Shown here one piece after another: positions 1 to 10,519 of a DNA stretch of 64,000 nucleotides (positions within the stretch are counted from its first letter, which is position 1; every line of letters begins with the position of its first letter). The position numbers and the translations under genes were made by a program. Under the pieces are notes generated by a model. It made no database searches and was not told where the DNA came from. It worked only from the letters and a program-made list of their open reading frames with translations. The stretch is from Macrostomum hystrix (taxonomy: Eukaryota > Animalia > Platyhelminthes), in assembly GCA_950097015.1 (NCBI GenBank), contig CATNEN010000038.1, positions 15,934,001-15,998,000 of the forward strand, read 5' to 3'.

Positions 1-346
1 CATTACTATGTCACAATTAATTATAAATGGTCACATGACAACTCTGAGCCAATAATAGGGCCTAACATACTTGCTGTTGCAATCAATTGAAAAGGCCAAA
101 ATTATTAAAAAACCTATAGAAAGTTCACTTTTATACAAATTAGCAGTAGGCCTAACTAACAGACTTAAGGGCCATATGTAGGCTTCAGTTAGCAAAATTA
201 GTACTAATTTTATTAATTGGATGAATACAAGAGAAGTAAAAAATTCTTAGTAAAATTTTACATTTCTGAACCTGAATGTCTCAATGTCAAAGAGAAAGAA
301 ATCAATCATAATGCTGCTTTCTTTTCTTGTCTGCTATACTATCAAG

Positions 347-638
347 CATACATGTGCAACCTCCCAAATCTTAGCCAGCTGTGCGACTTTGTTTTTGCTC
401 TATTTACGACTTAGTTTGCTCTCATTTGCGACTTAGTTCATTTCATTGCTCTATTTACAACTTAGTTTGCTCTCATTTGCTCTCTTTTTCTCTCCCCCTT
501 TTCCTTTTCTTCACGCCTTCCTTTTTTGTCCCTTGGTCCCCCCTTTGATTTTTTTGTGCTTGGTCAATTGGTTTTGCGACTTACCTTGCTTGGCCCTCGT
601 TTCACACGGCCATTTCGGCCAGGTGTTGCGCATGTATG
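347..638. mobile_element. MITE-like element
   Basis: Terminal inverted repeats CATACATGTGCAAC (347-360) / GTTGCGCATGTATG (625-638) and internal GACTTAGTTTGCTCTCATTTGC repeats. No clear target-site duplication. Confidence 0.55.
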
Positions 639-2107
639 AACTGTATAAATAGCTAGGCTAGGCCTAACAAAAGTCTATAAGAAATCTATGCATAAATCTT
701 GCCTTGCTGATTGGCACTCAGTAGAGTTTCTAAATTATTATGTATATCTAAATAACATATTAATCAAAAAAGAAGATATACTAACTGGACCACTTATTAA
801 AATTGAAGCATATCATGAAACTTCACTGCTAACTATATTATTAATAGTATGTTATATAAAACATTGTGTCAAGCAAGAAAAAAGATGATTTTATAGTACA
901 TGACAAGACTGCTGACTAGCTACCATAGCTCTTACTAGCTCTGTCCAAGGATAAAAAAGGGTGTGCCACACCTTACTCCTTTATAATTGACTATGATTGA
1001 GGTTGGAAGCATATTTGTTTTGGCACTCCAAAGAAGGCAAAAAGTTTGTTCATAACTTCATAGGCTATATTTCCAATATATTATATCTATATTAAATTAA
1101 AATGTCAACATAGGAACCAACATTAGAAACAACTTAAGTTTTTAATTCAAATTTGAAATGAAGTTATTTGACTGCTTTGTCAAATATGCAGTTGTCTTAG
1201 ACCTACACTTGTGTCAACCTCAAATCTACCCACCCAAGCAATCCAATATTGGACAATCTGTGGTCTAGTGTATTTGGGTAGATAGCAAAGCCCAGGTTAC
1301 TACAAACGCTAGAGCCACAAATGCTCTTAACGCACAACGCACATAAAAGTACAACACACAATCAGTCATTCACCCCAACCCTCTCTAGCTCTGGCATTCT
1401 TGATATATGGCAGGTGGTTTTGCCCCACATTTTGCCCATTTTTTGTAATAATAATACGGTAGGCCTAACTAGAAATACTATCAGGCCTAATCTGATCACC
1501 AAAGTGATAAGAAATACAAGATAAAATAAAATATAAGGTAACTGGTCATTTTGGTCATAATAATTTTTGCTATAGGCCTAGGCATAACCATTTCAGCCCA
1601 AAACCATTTCGACCTTAAACTAATTTGGCACACTACCACTTATAAAATAATATAACTTACAAGATGTTATGTATTTTATCTAAACTAAATTAAAAAAATA
1701 TTTTAACCTAAAAAGTTAAAATTTTAGGATTTGATAAATGTAAGAAAGAATTTCAAGTTCAGATACAAAAGCTTTTCACTCTATTGTGATGAAGTTATAG
1801 CAAATTTGGGTTTAGATTTTGTACTTGGTGTAGTAGTGTGTAGAGATAAGTTTACATTTGAATTTAATTAAATTACAATTACAACAAACAAAAGTGACAC
1901 TGTGAGACTACTAAAGCATTCTAAAATATACTATGGTGTATTTAATTGATTGACTTGAAAATTTAGGCTTATAATTGTTTACAAACAAAATAGTGTTAAA
2001 TGTATAACATTTGAGCATGTAATGTGGCCAAAATTGCTTTAGAACAACAAGGTTTTGGGCCATGGCCGAAAACATAGGAATTTAAATGCTGAGGTAGCTA
2101 TAAAAAA

Positions 2108-2472
2108 GGTAGTTGTTATTTGTCCGGTTAACCACCCAAGGACTTAATTTCTCCCCTTTCAATGAGCAGGAGCAACGATCCTCCCAAAGACCACTCTTGC
2201 CCTGCTAATAGCCATCTTGAGTCTTGACCTCACAAAGACCAAACTATACCCTTGAACTAAGTTAGTCCCTGAAACAACCGAATTTCTGGAAAAGGTTTTA
2301 ATTTTTTTAACTAGCTGATAAGCGAAAATAATTTGAGACACAAACTTCAAATCTGAATGACTGTCCTTTTGCAGCTTGTTAATTATTTTATCTTACAAAT
2401 GATAGAGGTTCTCGTGGTAGCGCTACAACCCCTACAACCTCGATTAACCAGACGAATAATCAAACAACTGCC
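2108..2472. mobile_element. Degenerate MITE-like element
   Basis: GGTAGTTGTT.ATTTGTCCGGTTAA versus TTAACCAGACGAATAATCAAACAACTGCC form imperfect inverted termini. Confidence 0.4.
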
Positions 2473-3049
2473 ATAAATAAATAAAGCCAAGAAACCCCTG
2501 GGCACTGTTGAGTTGACTGGCTATCAGTCCCTACCACAGTACCACTGCCACTGACGCCTAACGACTGGTCCCAGCGTGGTGCATTGGTATGTATAAGGTA
2601 GTAAGTTGATAACCACCAGACGTTTCAGTAAGGGCCTATTATTATTTTGGCGTCGCAAAGTTTCTGCTTCATAAAAATGTCATTCTATTACTAAATTTTT
2701 TTGTTTTTCATGCCTTTTTTCATCTAAAGAACAAAGTGATGTCTTCTGCTCGTTCATTTTATCTTCTTCACCACATTCTTTTAAATTAAATGCTGTGGAA
2801 AATTTAAAAAAGCTAAATTACAGCTGTTTTAGTATGTTAAAACAACATAAGTACCTTTAAAGCTTTAATTGAATTCTAGTATTAAAAAAATGTGCCGCAT
2901 ATCTTATGGGTCAACTTAAATTTTAAGGCTAATACACCTAGGTTAGGCTTTAATTTTATTCTTACATTCTGTTTCATCAGTCCCAGTTTTTATGCTTACG
3001 TTGTCAATGTCTATTATTTAAGGAAAGATCTAAATACACGTAGCAACTG

Positions 3050-3278
3050 CTAAAAGTGACACCACTCTCACTTGTCCGCAAGTGACACAACTTGCGCCAT
3101 TGCGAAGGCAAGGATTAACGGAAGAGGGTACAGTGCAAACATTAAAAGAGAGAATCACGACAATCACATTGTCATGCGTCACCAAACCAACTAACGACTA
3201 AAGTGAAAGAAATTTTCTCCTTGTGGCTGTGAGGCAGTGACACTTTGCTAGTGTTGTCCCTGTGGTGTCACTTTTTAG
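3050..3278. mobile_element. Degenerate MITE-like element
   Basis: CTAAAAGTGACACCAC / GTGGTGTCACTTTTTAG inverted repeats. Confidence 0.45.
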
Positions 3279-3885
3279 TCTTGACTGTTACTTAGTAAAG
3301 TCATGAAATATAGCCTAGTCTAGCTAGCTTTTACATAGCCGGCGAACAGGCCTAGTGTGCACTGTAGAGGAGGGGCTATCTATCGAAATAGTAGGCCTAT
3401 CTGAAAGCAAAGTTTATTATTCAGTGTAGGCGTAGGTCTAGGCTCTATCCTAAACCTTGGCCCTTTGAAAGATCTTTAATACTGTGCAGTTTGTTGGGCT
3501 TAATTTGCGCTCATATCGCTATAATATTTATTTTGTCTTTTGTCATTGCCATGTAATTTTTTGGATAACTAGCTAATTAAGTCTTGCAGCCTGACCTTGA
3601 AAAATCATTCGATTCAGATGATTTGGATGACCTTTTCAGTCCCAAAAGTTGCAATGTTTTTATATGAGCTAGGCCAAACTCTATTGTATATAGGCCTAGC
3701 TCAGCATATGACATAAAATTTATCAAAGAAGCTTAGAAGATAAAAAATTTAAGTCTATCCTCCTATCTAATCTTCCTAACTGTCTACCTATTGAGAAATA
3801 TGAACAAAAAAATTTGTTGATGATTTCATTATGTGAGTAGTCATTTTGATCAGCTAGCAGACAAAAGACAATTGATGTGAGCTAT

Positions 3886-4640
3886 TGAGGCAGGCCCAAA
3901 TTTATCGTATATTCTTAAAGTTGAATTCCCGCCAAATGCTTTTCCTCAGTTTTATATTTTTGGTTTGTTTTAATGTGTTGCACCAACCGCCCCAATTTTT
4001 GCTATAAATATAGACGCAGTTTAACCCAAAAAGCCCCAACCGGTGCCCCGTGCCCAGTTCGGAGAGCAAAAAGGAGAATAAATCTCAAAGTGTTTTTCAA
4101 TTATTTTAGAGAGGAGAAAAGCAGGTCCGTGTTAATACACAAGCCAGGAGTATTCGAAAGAATAAAGAAGGGAATAGTCATAAAAAGCAGTGGAGTGTAA
4201 AACTAAAGAGCAGAAGGGTAAATCCCGATTGGTGGAAAAGCACTGTGTGCAAAGTTGGGCAACTTCAGTCCATTGGAAGCCTTGAAAGACTGGGAACAAA
4301 CCAGAGAGCCAGACAGTTGTGAGTAAGTAGAGGAGAGGAAGAAGTGTCTTGCCGCTCGGACACTCGTGAGAACGCTACCAATTTTGGAAGGAAAGTAGCC
4401 TATCTGGCCAAGTTAAGCAATATATGCATATGTAATAAGAGGATACATAGCTAGCCTATGAAGAATAACTAAGTCATAGACAAAGGAAATTAAGAGTTAT
4501 TTCAAAGGTTAATTCAAGGTGTGAAATAAGCAATTGTTAATATTTAATAAAAGAGTATCGGTGATATTTAAACCCAAAGAGGAGAGAGCCTACGACAACT
4601 TAGTGGCAGCTGTAAGATAAAAGAAAGGAGCCCTACGACA
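3886..4640 (+). repeat. 5' LTR (755 bp)
   Basis: Begins TGAGGCAGGC and ends CCCTACGACA. No difference from the 3' copy seen by eye, and both give the same 75-aa spurious ORF. TATAAATA at about 4003, several AATAAA. Confidence 0.95.
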
Positions 4641-4643
4641 ACT

Positions 4644-4664
4644 TGGTGACAGCGGTAAAGGATT
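4644..4664 (+). promoter_or_regulatory. Primer-binding site, probably tRNA-Leu
   Basis: TGGTGACAGCGGTAAAGGATT starts 3 nt after the 5' LTR. It resembles the complement of the tRNA-Leu 3' end (TGGTGGCAGCGGTGGGATT type). Confidence 0.75.
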
Positions 4665-4710
4665 GGAATCCAGCTAAAGCACACAGTCAGTTTGAAAGTT
4701 AGATAAAGGT

Positions 4711-5610
4711 ATGGCCGCAGGAATTAATGATGCTATTGGCTTGTTAGCAGAAGAATTAAGAAATAGACTAGAATTAGGACCCATGAGACACGTAAAGATC
4801 CAAAAGTACACACCTAGCCAGGACATCAGAATTTGGCTCAAAGCATTTGATCAGAGATGCGACAATGAAGGATTAGAACAGGATGAACATAGGAAGAATG
4901 AGCTGTTAGCTAATCTAGACCTCGCGACCGCATTTGCAGCCGTTCAGCGGTTGAATCTGCCAGAAGACTTAACGTATGAGGAGTTGAAGGAAAGACTAAT
5001 CGAAAGATTCGGAAGACTAGGAAGCTCAGCCGAGTTTAGGGAGGAATTTAGAGGTAGAATGCAAGGGAGGAATGAGCCCGTTGACTCATTCGCAGATGCC
5101 TTGATTGAGTTGTCCGCGCAAGCATTCCCCAATATGAATGCAGAACAAAGGGAGGAGGAAGTAGTAGAGCAGTTCATTAAAGGAGCGAGAATCCCTTCCG
5201 ACACTAGGGAAAAGTTAATATTTGCACAGCCAGCCAGCCTGCAAGAGGCTAGAAGGATGTTGAGACGCATCGAAGCAGCGTGGCATATGTCACACAAGAG
5301 TGGAGTTCGAGTTGTTAAAGACGAGCAATTCGACGAGGATCGGAATAAGAAGATGGAGGAGACCATCGAGAGGCAGAAGTATGAAATCAATAAGCAGAAG
5401 AAGCTGATTGAAGACCTGATTCAGGAAAGAAGGAAGGCTGAATGCCAGAGGGTAACACCTCAGCCGCTCATGCAGCCGAAGACGTACCTGAAGCCGCAGC
5501 AACAGTCGAGGCCTCCGCCGACATGTTTTAACTGTAACAAAGTTGGGCATATTGCCAAGTACTGCAAGAGCTCACAGCAGCAGCAGCAGTACCGATATCA
5601 GGGAAACTGA
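4711..5610 (+). CDS. gag: Retrotransposon Gag (capsid-like plus CCHC zinc knuckle), 299 aa
   Basis: Q-x-x-x-E-x-V-x-x-F major-homology-like motif (MQGRNEPVDSF) and CFNCNKVGHIAKYC zinc knuckle. First ORF after the PBS. Confidence 0.95.
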   Translation: MAAGINDAIGLLAEELRNRLELGPMRHVKIQKYTPSQDIRIWLKAFDQRCDNEGLEQDEHRKNELLANLDLATAFAAVQRLNLPEDLTYEELKERLIERFGRLGSSAEFREEFRGRMQGRNEPVDSFADALIELSAQAFPNMNAEQREEEVVEQFIKGARIPSDTREKLIFAQPASLQEARRMLRRIEAAWHMSHKSGVRVVKDEQFDEDRNKKMEETIERQKYEINKQKKLIEDLIQERRKAECQRVTPQPLMQPKTYLKPQQQSRPPPTCFNCNKVGHIAKYCKSSQQQQQYRYQGN

Positions 5611-5674
5611 ATATCGAGGGACGAGAGTCGAGGCCGCGCCCCTCTAGTAAACCCCGATTCGAACCTCAGGCCTC
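5601..5674 (+). promoter_or_regulatory. -1 programmed ribosomal frameshift signal (G GGA AAC plus predicted H-type pseudoknot)
   Basis: X_XXY_YYZ heptamer at 5601-5607 in the gag frame just before TGA; pol is in the -1 frame. Stem 1 is GAGGG 5616-5620 / CCCTC 5640-5644. Stem 2 is GAGGCC 5630-5635 / GGCCTC 5669-5674. Confidence 0.85.
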
Positions 5675-8600
5675 TAAGAATCGGCGATACCAAGCCCAGT
5701 CGTCGAATTTGCGTAATGCACAAAAGCAATCGAGTTACCCTGCGTCAGCACCATCTGCGTCAGCACCTATTGCGTCAGCACCATCTGCGTCAGCACCATT
5801 TGCGTTAGCACCATCTGCGTTAGCACCATCTGCGTCAGCACCCATTGCGTCAGCACCATCTGCGTCAGCACCCATTGCGTTAGCCGCCGCAACATCTGGA
5901 AAATACTCAAGGACACGTGAGAATAAACGCAAAGTATTTGTTTCTAATTCTAAACTAGAACTTATTAAACCTGAAGGATTTGAAGCTGTAATTGTAGGAA
6001 AATTTAAGAATCAGGAAATTAATTTTATCCTAGACACAGGGGCTAGGAACAGCTTTTTGAGCAAATCTATTTGGTCAAAATTACTTAAGCCAGAACAGAT
6101 AAGAAGTACAGACAAGCGAGTCTCTACTTTCGACGGAACCAGAGTACAATTGGAAGGCGAGAGTTGTATTCCAGTTAGATTCGGAGACATCCAGATAGAA
6201 ATAGAATTCCTTTTGTGTGGACATGAGAGCGACAATATCTTAGGAATGGAATTTTTCCTAGGACATTGTGATAGCATTCATCTTGCTAAAGGCATGTTGA
6301 TTCTAAATGAAGGAGCAAGCATTCCTATGCAGTTCACTCATCTACCTGTAAAAGTATGCAGAGTGTATACTCAGGAGAAAGTAGTGATTCCTGCAAATAG
6401 TGCGTTGAGAATCCCAGTGAGATTGGCGAAAGATGCCGAGTGCAATTTTGGAACACCTATGACAGTGAGTATGATTGGCGAAGGCGTAAAAGCCAAAGAA
6501 TTGACAGTCGAGATGGCTCCCACTCTAGTCACAATGCGAGAAGGTTCCGCCATTGTGGAGATTGTGAATAACAATTCAGTTGAGGTGAAGCTGTCGAAGT
6601 CAACATTGGTAGGCCTAGCCAAACCAGTGAAGGCAAGTGAATTGAAATATTTCGAAGCCGAAAAAGAAGTAGTCAGTCAACCTACCGGACGAGTCAATCA
6701 GACACAGACTGTGGAAGATGCGTGGATCCATGAGGTCAAGATTGGTCAAGATCTTACCGATGATCAAAGGAAGTCAGTGATTGAATTGATGAAAGAGCAT
6801 CGTGAAGCTTTTTCACAGAATGAGTTGGATATGGGTTTAACCCATCTGATCACACATGAGATCTCACTGAAGGATGAGACTCCCGTGAGGATCCCAACTA
6901 GGAGAATACCACCCCATCTCCAAAAGCAAGTCGACACACAGTTGGATGACATGTTGGCTAAAAATTTAATCAGGCCCAGTTATTCAACTTATTCTACACC
7001 ATTAGTCATTGTGCCGAAAAAGGACGGATCCATACGGATTGTAAGTGATTTCAGAGTGTTAAACTCGAAGGTGAACTATGTTCCGTATCCGCTTCCTAAC
7101 ATTCATCAGACTTTCACCTATTTATCTGGTAGTCAGTACTTTAGTAGTCTCGATTTGAATTCTGGTTATTGGCAGGTGCCGATAAAGGAAGAACACAAGT
7201 TCATGACCGCCTTCTCTACTTTAACCCGAGGCCAGTTTGAGTATGAGGTTATGGCGCAAGGTTTGTCCAATGCCCCAGGAACCTTCCAAAGGCTCATGAA
7301 TCTTGTACTTTTAGGGATTCAACATCAATTTGCTATGTCGTATATAGACGATATAGTTACCTATTCGAAGAACTTTAATGACCACCTTTCCCATCTAAAG
7401 GAAGTGTTCAAGAGATTAATAATCGCAGGATTGAAGCTAAGGCCAAAGAAATGTAACCTTTTTCATAGAGAGTTAAAGTACTTAGGACATGTGATCAGTA
7501 CAGAAGGTATCCGTACGGATGAGACGAAGATTGAAGCAATCAAGACCTGGCCGAAGCCAAAAGATGTGAAGGAGCTACGCAGTTTCCTTGGTTTATGTAA
7601 TTACTATAGCCGTTTCATTAAAAATTATGCAGAAGCTGCCCATCCCCTTTTCCAGCTAACAAGGAAAGGAATTAAGAACTTTCAAGAGAGATGGAGCAAA
7701 GAGCATGACGAAGCGTTTGAGTCGCTAAAGAACCGGATGATGTCCACTGAAGTCTTAGCGTATCCCGAATTTGTGGATGATGAGAAGGTGAAGATGGTAT
7801 TGGATACCGATGCAAGTGATAGCCGTATTGGCGCTGTACTTAGCCAGATCCAATCAGATGGCATAGAGAGACCCATAGCTTATTTCAGCCGAGCTATGAA
7901 AGAGTCGGAAAAACGCTACCCTATCACTAGAAAAGAACTCTTAGCCCTAGTGGATGCCATGAGGCATTTCCGTTTCTACCTGTTAGGCAAGAAGTTTTTG
8001 GCAAGAACGGATCATAAGGCGATAATTTGGCTGTTAAGGCAAACAGAAGCTCAAGGAATTCTTGGCCGGTGGGTCGAGCGCCTAAACGAATTCTCGTTCG
8101 ATATAGAACACAGAAGCGGTGCAAAGAACCAGAACGCTGACAGTCTGTCAAGAAGACCAGCTGATGTCCCTGAAGCAGAGCAAGTTATTGAGCCGATAGT
8201 GCAAAGCTGCAGTGTAATGGAAGAGTCAGGACAGGAAGTTAAGGCTAATGATAGCTCATGTAGCTTGACACAGCCCCAGACTGCCCTAAGTGAAGGAGAG
8301 AAAAAGACGTTAGATCCCAATAGCAGGATCCAGTCTACTATCTCAGGACAAGGAGAGGTGAGAATTCCCAGTGAACTTGAACATGACTCCAGCATTCCGC
8401 TTCCGAGTCCAGTTCCTGAAGAATTTAATCCTATTGAGAGTGAGGATATGCTGCAAGCAACAAGTAGCAAGTGCGAGAAGTTATTGACCGATTTCTTACC
8501 CAGCCCATTGAAACGAGAGCAAATTATTGCGTCACAAAGAGATGACCCAGTAATTAAAGTGCTAATTGAATGGAAGAAATCAGGAGAGAACAATCCCCAG

Positions 8601-10256
8601 TTACCTGAAATTGTCAGCCCAGAATTGAAGAAGATGAGGAAATTCTTTGAGGATATGAAGGTAGAGAATGAGATGCTAATCATTAGCGAAGATGACAGTT
8701 GGAAAGTTGTACTGCCCCAGTCCTTGGATAAGCTAGTTCTCAGCGATCTGCATGATAGCCCACTAGCAGGACATTTGGGACGCGATAAAACAATTCAACG
8801 TGTCAGGCAGAGATTTTGGAGACCAGGATTGGTCAAAGCAGTGGAAGCTCATATCGCAGAGTGTATTCCGTGCCTGGAAAGCAAAAGAGGAAATCCGATA
8901 CAGGCGCCAGTGCAATCGTTCCCTATCAGTGAACCTTTCCATCGCCTGCATGTCGATTTTATAGGACCACTATCCAAAGAGAGCAAAAGAGGGCACAAGT
9001 ATGTCCTAACTATTGTGGATAGCACCACTCGATATCCGTTTGCATTCCCAACTAGAAATCAAAAGTCAGATACTGTGATCAAAATCTTACAGGAAAGAAT
9101 CTTCGCAGAGTATGGGCAATGTCAGTGGTTACACACAGACAATGGCAAGGCATTCGCTAGCAAGCAGTTCAAAGCTTTTTGCGAAATGTATAACGTGAAG
9201 CATACGTTTACAACACCCTACCATGCCCAAAGCAATGGATTGGTGGAGAGATTTAACAAGCAAATTAAGTCGATAGTAACTTGTCTCATTGAGAAAGATC
9301 ACAGTGATTGGGACCTTATGATCCCAGCTGCATTAGTTGCTGTCCGCACTAGTGTGAACAAAACCACAGGCTTTACTCCCCACTACCTGTTATTTGGACG
9401 GGAAGCAGTATTGCCTATGGACAGTCAAATCAGCCAACCAAAGTCATTCGCCAGTTATCCATCTTATGTGACAGAACATGCCGAACGATTGAAGATTGCG
9501 AGAGACATTGTCAAAAGAAAATTGGAGAAGGTTGTCAGTAACAGACAAGAGTCTGCGAAAAACGGCAAATTGCCTAAGACAGTCCCAGTTGGAAGTCTTG
9601 TGTTGATTAATAATCCACAGTTGAACAGCGAGGAGTCGCACAAATTTCATAGGAAAAAGAGATCAGCCTTCAGAGTAATAGAGCAAATATCAGATGTAGT
9701 ATTTCGAGTGCAAAAGGAGGAGCAAGGACAACTAGTGGGCAATGTCATGATTGTCCACAGAGACAACATAACTATTGTGCCTAATTCAACCCAAGAGGAA
9801 TTAATTAGGGGAAGCCAGGCCGCACCAGAGAAGAAAGCTAAGAAGACAGAGGTCAAAGTTAGGGGAAGCCAGCCGAAGGAGAAGGGAAGATTTGTTCTAA
9901 CAGAGGAAGATGAATCCGAAGAGGAAGAAGACAGATTAGAATGGCAATGTCATTTTAGAGAAAACCCAAGTGAAATTAATGGAGAAGATTTGGAACTAGG
10001 AGCTGAGATAGAAGTGGAGGATGAATCACACACCGAGCCTGAGGCTACGAGCAGTGAAGAGGAGAGCGAAAGCGAAGGGACAGCTGAGGGTCTGGCGACA
10101 GCCACCTCAGAAGGAGGCATGTACATTGCACAGAATGAAGAAAGGGAAGGAGTGACAAGCCGTCCGCGCAGACAAATCAGACCCCCCGCGAGGTTTGAAG
10201 GCTATTTGCAGAGGCTTGCCACCGTGTTCAGTATACTTGGGAATTTACAGATCTAG
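5601..10256 (+). CDS. pol: Pol polyprotein (aspartic protease, RT, RNase H, integrase), expressed by -1 frameshift from gag
   Basis: ILDTGA protease, SYIDDI RT, DTDAS...TDHK RNase H, HHCC (LHDSPLAGH...CIPC) and D-D-E integrase (HVDF, HTDNG, VERFN). The frame is open from the slippery site at 5601 to the stop at 10256. The ORF-track start at 5709 is a TTG. Confidence 0.97.
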   Translation, partial: GKLNIEGRESRPRPSSKPRFEPQASKNRRYQAQSSNLRNAQKQSSYPASAPSASAPIASAPSASAPFALAPSALAPSASAPIASAPSASAPIALAAATSGKYSRTRENKRKVFVSNSKLELIKPEGFEAVIVGKFKNQEINFILDTGARNSFLSKSIWSKLLKPEQIRSTDKRVSTFDGTRVQLEGESCIPVRFGDIQIEIEFLLCGHESDNILGMEFFLGHCDSIHLAKGMLILNEGASIPMQFTHLPVKVCRVYTQEKVVIPANSALRIPVRLAKDAECNFGTPMTVSMIGEGVKAKELTVEMAPTLVTMREGSAIVEIVNNNSVEVKLSKSTLVGLAKPVKASELKYFEAEKEVVSQPTGRVNQTQTVEDAWIHEVKIGQDLTDDQRKSVIELMKEHREAFSQNELDMGLTHLITHEISLKDETPVRIPTRRIPPHLQKQVDTQLDDMLAKNLIRPSYSTYSTPLVIVPKKDGSIRIVSDFRVLNSKVNYVPYPLPNIHQTFTYLSGSQYFSSLDLNSGYWQVPIKEEHKFMTAFSTLTRGQFEYEVMAQGLSNAPGTFQRLMNLVLLGIQHQFAMSYIDDIVTYSKNFNDHLSHLKEVFKRLIIAGLKLRPKKCNLFHRELKYLGHVISTEGIRTDETKIEAIKTWPKPKDVKELRSFLGLCNYYSRFIKNYAEAAHPLFQLTRKGIKNFQERWSKEHDEAFESLKNRMMSTEVLAYPEFVDDEKVKMVLDTDASDSRIGAVLSQIQSDGIERPIAYFSRAMKESEKRYPITRKELLALVDAMRHFRFYLLGKKFLARTDHKAIIWLLRQTEAQGILGRWVERLNEFSFDIEHRSGAKNQNADSLSRRPADVPEAEQVIEPIVQSCSVMEESGQEVKANDSSCSLTQPQTALSEGEKKTLDPNSRIQSTISGQGEVRIPSELEHDSSIPLPSPVPEEFNPIESEDMLQATSSKCEKLLTDFLPSPLKREQIIASQRDDPVIKVLIEWKKSGENNPQLPEIVSPELKKMRKFFEDMKVENEMLIISEDDSWKVVLPQSLDKLVLSDLHDSPLAGHLGRDKTIQRVRQRFWRPGLVKAVEAHIAECIPCLESKRGNPIQAPVQSFPISEPFHRLHVDFIGPLSKESKRGHKYVLTIVDSTTRYPFAFPTRNQKSDTVIKILQERIFAEYGQCQWLHTDNGKAFASKQFKAFCEMYNVKHTFTTPYHAQSNGLVERFNKQIKSIVTCLIEKDHSDWDLMIPAALVAVRTSVNKTTGFTPHYLLFGREAVLPMDSQISQPKSFASYPSYVTEHAERLKIARDIVKRKLEKVVSNRQESAKNGKLPKTVPVGSLVLINNPQLNSEESHKFHRKKRSAFRVIEQISDVVFRVQKEEQGQLVGNVMIVHRDNITIVPNSTQEELIRGSQAAPEKKAKKTEVKVRGSQPKEKGRFVLTEEDESEEEEDRLEWQCHFRENPSEINGEDLELGAEIEVEDESHTEPEATSSEEESESEGTAEGLATATSEGGMYIAQNEEREGVTSRPRRQIRPPARFEGYLQRLATVFSILGNLQI
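5741..5885 (+). repeat. 15-bp coding tandem repeat (ASAPS/ASAPI, about 9 copies) upstream of the protease
   Basis: TGCGTCAGCACCATC units in frame with pol. Confidence 0.9.
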
Positions 10257-10259
10257 GCA

Positions 10260-10460
10260 GAGATTGGGGTGACGCAATAGTAACACAAGGAAACCACGTG
10301 CAAGGGATAGAAAGGGAGTAGGGGTTAGCCACTTCCAGTCAATTAGGTAGGGGTTAATTGAAATCAGTAGGGAACCAATAGGATTAGAAATAAGCCAGTA
10401 TAGCCCAATAAAAATCTGAGACACAATGAAGAGTGTCAGTTTCGCGCCTATATAAACAAG
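10260..10460 (+). promoter_or_regulatory. Putative internal Pol II promoter for ORF3
   Basis: ATTGG at 10263, CCAAT at 10375 and 10405, TATATAAA at 10449-10456, about 64 nt before the ORF3 ATG. Confidence 0.6.
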
Positions 10461-10519
10461 AGCCCTGGGAACACAAAACAAACATAAGCAGAGAGAAGAA
10501 GTCATACTGACAAAGAAGA

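Noticed and set aside
3973-4200. 75-aa ORF duplicated at 11964-12191
   Set aside because: It lies within the LTRs, starts with a non-ATG codon and spans the putative TATA box; it simply reflects LTR identity.
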